Source: an uncultured Methanoregulaceae archaeon
GTDB lineage: Archaea; Halobacteriota; Methanomicrobia; Methanomicrobiales; Methanospirillaceae
Direction: 5' to 3'
Assembly (NCBI GenBank): GCA_963737635.1
Contig: CAVTTL010000001.1
Coordinates: 1,248,001 to 1,312,000 of the forward strand
DNA: 64,000 bases
Shown: in pieces, positions 58,921 to 64,000 of the stretch
How the letters are laid out: every line of letters begins with the position of its first letter
Position numbering within the stretch: the first letter of the stretch is position 1
The notes under the pieces: model-generated
Told to the model about the DNA's origin: nothing
Databases searched by the model: none
What the model saw: the letters and a program-made list of their open reading frames with translations, nothing else
Program-made: the position numbers and the translations under genes

Positions 58921-59885
58921 CGCGGATCGCGGTTGTTGAAGGCGACGGGATAGGTCATGAGGTGATTCCGGTTGCCCAGAAAGCGCTAGCGTTGCTCCAC
59001 CCTGAGTATGATTATTTTCCGGTCGAGGTCGGGTACGGCCGGTGGGAGCAGACCGGCTGCCCCTGTGCGGACAACGATATTTCCATGCTCAAAACAGCTG
59101 ATGCTATCCTGTTTGGTGCCATTACCACCCCCCCGATGAAAGACTACCAGAGTGTCGTTTTGCGGATCCGTAAGGCACTCGACCTGTTTGCAAACCTGCG
59201 GCCAGTCCGGGGCGACGGGTTTGATTTCATGATCGTCAGGGAAAATACGGAAGGACTCTACTCGGGGATCGAGGAGCTCAGCAACGACCGTGCGACAACA
59301 CTCCGGCTGGTGACCCGGCCGGGGACCGAGCGAATTGCACGGGCGGCGATCCGGCGTGCGCAGCAGCGGCGGGGAAAACTAACGATAGGCCACAAGGCAA
59401 ACGTCCTCAAATCGGATGTCTTCTTTCGGGACATCTGTGTAGCTGAGGCAAAAAAGGCCGGCGTTTCTTACAGTGATAAGTTCATCGATTCGCTTAGTCT
59501 CGATGTCCTCCAGCATCCGGAAGTATATGATGTCATTGTAACCACGAATATCTTTGGCGATATCCTATCAGACGTTTCCTCGTATCTTGTTGGGGGCCTG
59601 GGCCTTGTGCCAAGTGCAAATATCGGGGATCGGTACGCCCTGTTTGAACCGGTACATGGGAGCGCCCCGGATATTGCCGGTAAAAACATTGCAAATCCTG
59701 TAGCAGCCCTGCGGAGTGCTGCGATGCTTCTCGCCCATCTTGGAGATAAAGAGGGTTCTCAGCGGATAGAATTGGCTATATGCGAAGTACTCGCGACCGG
59801 TATCCGGACCCGGGATATTGGGGGATCAGCCGGAACCCGCGAGTTCGGTGATGCGGTCACGAGAGTCCTTGGCTGGCAGGGATAG
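58917..59885 (+). CDS. aksF: Homoisocitrate dehydrogenase (2-oxoacid elongation)
   Basis: [25 protein letters not shown] (AksF-like), [25 protein letters not shown]. Confidence 0.82.
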   Translation: MTRIAVVEGDGIGHEVIPVAQKALALLHPEYDYFPVEVGYGRWEQTGCPCADNDISMLKTADAILFGAITTPPMKDYQSVVLRIRKALDLFANLRPVRGDGFDFMIVRENTEGLYSGIEELSNDRATTLRLVTRPGTERIARAAIRRAQQRRGKLTIGHKANVLKSDVFFRDICVAEAKKAGVSYSDKFIDSLSLDVLQHPEVYDVIVTTNIFGDILSDVSSYLVGGLGLVPSANIGDRYALFEPVHGSAPDIAGKNIANPVAALRSAAMLLAHLGDKEGSQRIELAICEVLATGIRTRDIGGSAGTREFGDAVTRVLGWQG

Positions 59886-59915
59886 ATTGGCCTAACACAT
59901 CACCTGCTTTTCTTC

Positions 59916-60278
59916 TTATTCCGGGAGCCCTCTTCTTGTCGTGGAATCCGCCAGGAGATGGAAGAGATACCCAAGCGCGCAACAGGAGAGACCGAAAATA
60001 AGGGCTTTGCTTGATACAGATGGTAAAGGTAGCAGACCGATTGTAGCACAAAGGCCAAAGATTCCCACAGTACATTTCAATGCCCGTTTGCTGTGAAAGA
60101 TCCTCCTGTGTTTGGAACTCGTCGGTGGTTCCAGAATATCCGGCATGATCGAACCGATTGTAACAGCAAGAAATCCGAGAATGAAAAAATCCACGGTAAT
60201 AGTACGTATGCAATTAAGCAGGTATGCATATACCAAAAATGCCACTGCCCCTATTATGAGATGAACACCTTTTCTCAT
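59916..60278 (-). CDS. Membrane-bound metal-dependent hydrolase (YdjM-like)
   Basis: H near the N-terminus, GSIMPDI, HRRIFHS, GYLFHLLAD motifs with TM helices. Confidence 0.82.
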   Translation of the reverse strand: MRKGVHLIIGAVAFLVYAYLLNCIRTITVDFFILGFLAVTIGSIMPDILEPPTSSKHRRIFHSKRALKCTVGIFGLCATIGLLPLPSVSSKALIFGLSCCALGYLFHLLADSTTRRGLPE

Positions 60279-60519
60279 TGAGGAAATCGTTAGAAAAATA
60301 CCGTATAAATACCAGCCATGAACGGTGAAAGTGTTAGCTGTCAATTCTTTTGGATCATTTAGCCACTTCGGATCGTTAGAATCTTTTTAACCGGTCTTGA
60401 ATAGGGCATAATTTAACAGGATATATTACCGGCAACATTTGTATAAACCTATATGCGGTTTAAACGAGATTACCTGGTGTGGGGCACTTTTAGAGAGAGG
60501 TCCTCGTATGAAACGGGGC

Positions 60520-61002
60520 TCATCTTACGATCCGATATCCGGCCCGCTCAAAAACTTCTGCAACGGAGGTTTCCCATACTGCCTCATCAGGAATTATTGC
60601 ACCTGCGATCCCGTCCTGCCAAAGCCTTCGAAGATCTAGGTTCATAGTAGAAAAAAATCTCGAGCCATCCTGCACCCGACCCTTGTAATCGCCATCCGGA
60701 CTTAGAACAAGGAGACGAAAACAGATGTAAATCCTGCAGAGATCGGGACGGGTATGGTGAATAGTACAGAGTGCTTTTTTATTCTTGTCTGACCGAAGAA
60801 AAGGACAGGCCTCAGGTTGCAATGTTTTGAGATCCCGCGTGCGGAAAAGTACCTGTTTATCATGGTCAACCGTGACCTCCATCTCATTACCGGTGGCGGT
60901 AAACCGGATCCGGAACTTCAGTGTCCCGGTCTCCTCTTCAATACGGATAAGCTCCCCCATTGAACCACAGCATTTTCCGCATTGCTGGCACCGGAATGTC
61001 AC
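60520..61002 (-). CDS. YkgJ-family cysteine cluster protein
   Basis: FRCQQCGKCC, CPFL, CTIHHTRPDLCR. Confidence 0.85.
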   Translation of the reverse strand: MTFRCQQCGKCCGSMGELIRIEEETGTLKFRIRFTATGNEMEVTVDHDKQVLFRTRDLKTLQPEACPFLRSDKNKKALCTIHHTRPDLCRIYICFRLLVLSPDGDYKGRVQDGSRFFSTMNLDLRRLWQDGIAGAIIPDEAVWETSVAEVFERAGYRIVR

Positions 61003-61165
61003 AAGTGAACCTCTCTACCTGCTATGTGGTTGCGATCGGGATTAAAGTGACGCAGAAGTCTACAGGCCTTTTCCCCATGTTCATGGTGTATGCAATAAAA
61101 CGGTCACTATCCTAAGGTCTATTATCCTAAACCCTGATTACAAGGTGTGGGAGGCGTTCTTCTTG

Positions 61166-61639
61166 ATGAATAATGCAGATGCAGGGAACAGAAACGGAAA
61201 AATTCCAATCTTTAACCCGGAAAAAAATGAAGTCGAATATGTTACTCCAATTGAAAAATCCGATGCAGAATGGCAGGCTCAGCTGACCCCCCGGCAGTTT
61301 GCCGTGGCACGAAAGCAGGATACCGAGTACCCCTTTACCGGCAAGTACCATGACTGCAAGGCGCATGGTATCTACCATTGCGTCTGTTGCGGGACTGCAC
61401 TTTTCCTTTCAGAGGCCAAGTTTGACTCAGGTACCGGCTGGCCGAGTTTTACTGCGCCGATCTCATCGTTCAATGTCACAACCCGGACGGATACATCTCA
61501 GCAGATGTTCCGGACTGAAGTCCTCTGCGCCCGGTGCGGGGCCCATCTCGGACATGTTTTTGATGATGGCCCTCCCCCCACAGGAAAACGCTACTGCATG
61601 AACTCAGAATCTCTCGTGCTTCAGCAAATTCCAGGATGA
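61166..61639 (+). CDS. msrB: Peptide methionine sulfoxide reductase B
   Basis: [38 protein letters not shown]. Confidence 0.95.
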   Translation: MNNADAGNRNGKIPIFNPEKNEVEYVTPIEKSDAEWQAQLTPRQFAVARKQDTEYPFTGKYHDCKAHGIYHCVCCGTALFLSEAKFDSGTGWPSFTAPISSFNVTTRTDTSQQMFRTEVLCARCGAHLGHVFDDGPPPTGKRYCMNSESLVLQQIPG

Positions 61640-61739
61640 AGAGGGTTTGAGCCTGCCCATCTCGGAGAGATCGATGGATACCTGAAAAGGACACGAGGTA
61701 TTTATCTTGTTTTTCCACTATAATGGATGAATGAAGATT

Positions 61740-62291
61740 ATGGAAAAAAAGGACGATCTTGAGGCAATAGAACGCATCATCGGATATCATTTTTTTGAGC
61801 GACAGCATCTTATCCGTGCGCTGACGCATCCCGCGTATGCAAATGAATTGATCCAGAAAAATCAGGTCTGCCTGACTCAGGAGGCGTATAGTACTCTAGG
61901 GGATGCCATCCTCAAGACCAGCCTGATTTTGTTTTTAATGGAAAAAGGATTGCAGGAAAAGGGTTCGATAACCCAGGCAAAGGAAAAACTTGAGGATAAT
62001 CCCAGTCTTGCAAAGATCGGCAGGCGCCTGAAGATCAAAAGGTTTATCCGGCTCGGCCGCGGGGAAAAGGATCTCTGGCAATCCGGAGAAGAGACTCTCC
62101 TTGCTGACACCATAGAGGCGATCATCGGTGCGATATTCCTTGACAGCGATGCAGGTTTTGGTGTAGTCCGGCAATGTATCGGAACTTGGTTTGAGCCCGA
62201 GCTGGCTCAGATCCGGTTGAAAGAAACGCCAAAAAAGAAAATTAAATCTCCCATTCCCTCAAGTCCCCGGCGAAGAACACGATCCAGATGA
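61740..62291 (+). CDS. Ribonuclease III domain protein lacking a dsRBD
   Basis: IGYHF..LIRALTH, EAYSTLGDAIL, LADTIEAIIGAIFLD. Confidence 0.8.
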   Translation: MEKKDDLEAIERIIGYHFFERQHLIRALTHPAYANELIQKNQVCLTQEAYSTLGDAILKTSLILFLMEKGLQEKGSITQAKEKLEDNPSLAKIGRRLKIKRFIRLGRGEKDLWQSGEETLLADTIEAIIGAIFLDSDAGFGVVRQCIGTWFEPELAQIRLKETPKKKIKSPIPSSPRRRTRSR

Positions 62292-62376
62292 ACGACCCGG
62301 TTGTTTTCATGTGCCGGTGACTTCCGCAAGGCGAACACTCATATATCGGACGCTTGTATTCTGGAGTACAGGTGAC

Positions 62377-62859
62377 ATGATGGAACCGCAGCCTATGATC
62401 CGGACTGGAGATCCGGCACAGAATTTCTCGCTCAAGGATCACAACGATACGACTTTCGATCTGTTCGAACAATCGGGAAAATGGGTTCTTCTCTCGTTCC
62501 ATCCGCTCGCGTGGACTCCCGTTTGTACCGGCCAGATGAAGTCCCTTGAGGAGAACTATGATGTTCTAAAATCGCTGAACACAACAGCAGTCGGGATCAG
62601 TGTCGATTCGGTTCCGTGCAAGAAAGCATGGGCCCAGAATATTGGGATCACCCACACACCTCTCTTGTGCGATTTCTGGCCTCATGGCGGTCTTGCAATG
62701 GCGTACGGGATCTTTCGGAATGCAAATGGGTTCTCGGAGAGGGCAAATATTCTCATTGACGAGAACCAGCGGGTTAAATTTGTAAAGATTTACCCGGTCC
62801 ACAGTCTTCCCGATATCAAGGAAATTATTGAGTTTTTGCACAAGCAGAAGCCGGCTTGA
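62377..62859 (+). CDS. Peroxiredoxin (AhpC/TSA family)
   Basis: FHPLAWTPVC (PxxxTxxC), GISVDS, DFWPHG, SERA. Confidence 0.9.
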   Translation: MMEPQPMIRTGDPAQNFSLKDHNDTTFDLFEQSGKWVLLSFHPLAWTPVCTGQMKSLEENYDVLKSLNTTAVGISVDSVPCKKAWAQNIGITHTPLLCDFWPHGGLAMAYGIFRNANGFSERANILIDENQRVKFVKIYPVHSLPDIKEIIEFLHKQKPA

Positions 62860-63039
62860 TATACCTTTTCGACCGATGGTGGGCTCTCTCCGCGGAAGGG
62901 TATTCGGAGCCATAACTGGCATCGGTATCGCCATGATCGTGCTGATCCTGGTAAAACGGCACTCTCCTTTTTTCAGCGGGGAGCGTGAGCTGCCACGGCT
63001 CAACGAAAAAGCCGCGAGAGATGGGGTTTTCCGGAACTT

Positions 63040-64000
63040 TTAGGGCCGGGGCTGCTGCTGGGTCGCACAGTGGAACGTCCCGAACCCTTCGACCATCGCA
63101 CGGGCTCTTATCCCAAGGACCGTCCGTTCCGGGAAGAGTCCCCGGATAATCCGGAGCGCTTCCTCGTCATGCGGATCATCAAATACCGGAACAATAACCA
63201 CGGTATTCCCGATATAGAAGTTGGTATAACTTGCAGGGTACCGTTCATCTCCACTTATGACGGGAGCTGGCATGGGGAGTTTTATAACCTTGAATGGTTT
63301 TTCCTCCTGGTCGGTTACAGAGCTCAGGATCTCATAATTTTCTTTCAGGGCAGCGTAATTTTCGTCGGCAGGGTTTTCTTCATATGCACAGACGATCATG
63401 GAGGGTGCGACAAACCGTGCTATATCATCGATATGGCCATCCGTATCATCGCCGGACACGCCCCGATTGAGCCAGATAATTTTTACTACTCCCAGGTATT
63501 CCTTAAGATAATTCTCGATCTCATCCTTTGCGAGACGGGGGTTCCGGTTCGGGTTGAGAAGGCAGGCGCGGGTAGTCAGCACTGTTCCCCTGCCGTTGGT
63601 ATCAATCGATCCCCCTTCCAGAATAATTCCTGGCTTAAATATGGGTAGATCAAGCCACCTGTTCATGTCGTTGGGGATATGCCCATCGGCGATCTGATCC
63701 TCATATTTTTCACCCCACGCATTGAATTCCCAATGAACCATCGCCGATTGTCTAATGGCCGGGTTCACCACAAATGTCGGGCCATAATCCCGAATCCATA
63801 TGTCGGAATAGGGGATTGTCCGTATCGTAACCCGGGACAGGTCGATACCTTCGCTTTTCAAGCGTGTTTTTACCCTCCTGTTTATGGAAGTACTGGGCAC
63901 GAACATTTCGACGCGTTCCGAAGGAACGATCGCTGCAATGAACCTGATATATGTCTCCTCTACCATCCTGAGATTGGGAAAGGTGTTTTTGTTGTGCGGC
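63040..64000 (-). CDS. aguA: Agmatine deiminase (5' end outside the window)
   Basis: WIRDYGP, FNAWG, EGGSID, DTDGHIDD, SYTNFY, GTFHCATQQ; frame open to the window edge. Confidence 0.93.
   Translation of the reverse strand, partial: PHNKNTFPNLRMVEETYIRFIAAIVPSERVEMFVPSTSINRRVKTRLKSEGIDLSRVTIRTIPYSDIWIRDYGPTFVVNPAIRQSAMVHWEFNAWGEKYEDQIADGHIPNDMNRWLDLPIFKPGIILEGGSIDTNGRGTVLTTRACLLNPNRNPRLAKDEIENYLKEYLGVVKIIWLNRGVSGDDTDGHIDDIARFVAPSMIVCAYEENPADENYAALKENYEILSSVTDQEEKPFKVIKLPMPAPVISGDERYPASYTNFYIGNTVVIVPVFDDPHDEEALRIIRGLFPERTVLGIRARAMVEGFGTFHCATQQQPRP

Noticed and set aside
55318-59885. Leucine biosynthesis operon (leuA/C/D/B) or nifV
   Set aside because: The synthase lacks the LeuA regulatory domain, the small subunit has YLRT, the dehydrogenase is AksF-like, and there are no nif genes nearby.
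63040-64000. Functional link between agmatine deiminase and the TiaS-like marker-11 proteins
   Set aside because: It is 10 kb away, on the opposite strand and separated by unrelated genes; the marker-11 proteins lack the tRNA-binding domains of TiaS.
1-64000. CRISPR arrays, IS elements, or a provirus at tRNA-Arg
   Set aside because: I saw no regularly spaced repeats, transposase or integrase ORFs, terminal inverted repeats or duplicated tRNA 3' end.

Overview
This is chromosomal DNA from a hydrogenotrophic methanogenic archaeon of the order Methanomicrobiales (Methanoregula-like), judged from mcrBDCGA, an mtr operon with a second mtrA-mtrG fusion, and fwdF-hdrCBA-mvhD. It is core genome: I found no CRISPR array, transposase or integrase. 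From left to right: the 3' end of AMP phosphorylase, a surface protein, tRNA-Arg(UCG), dcd-nrpR, a divergent CetZ-like tubulin, mer, galT, mtd and tfx. Next come a ~500-nt highly structured non-coding leader and the S10/spc ribosomal protein superoperon through secY-adk-cmk, then small accessory genes. A ~30-kb methanogenesis supercluster follows (mtr, a radical SAM/SPASM insert, mcr, mvhD-hdrABC-fwdFG, ftr). Top finding: a nine-gene overlapping operon (51283-59885) joins the known early coenzyme B genes aksA/D/E/F to five uncharacterised genes. These are two TiaS-kinase-like methanogenesis marker 11 paralogues, a radical SAM protein with an extra CxxCxxC, a truncated IorA-like ThDP enzyme and a Cys-rich protein. 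Their predicted chemistries fit the genetically unassigned late steps of coenzyme B synthesis. Second finding: a large multibranched RNA upstream of rpl3. About 14 single-base frameshifts, mostly in essential genes, are best explained as sequencing or assembly errors. All family assignments come from motif recognition by eye; no database searches were run.
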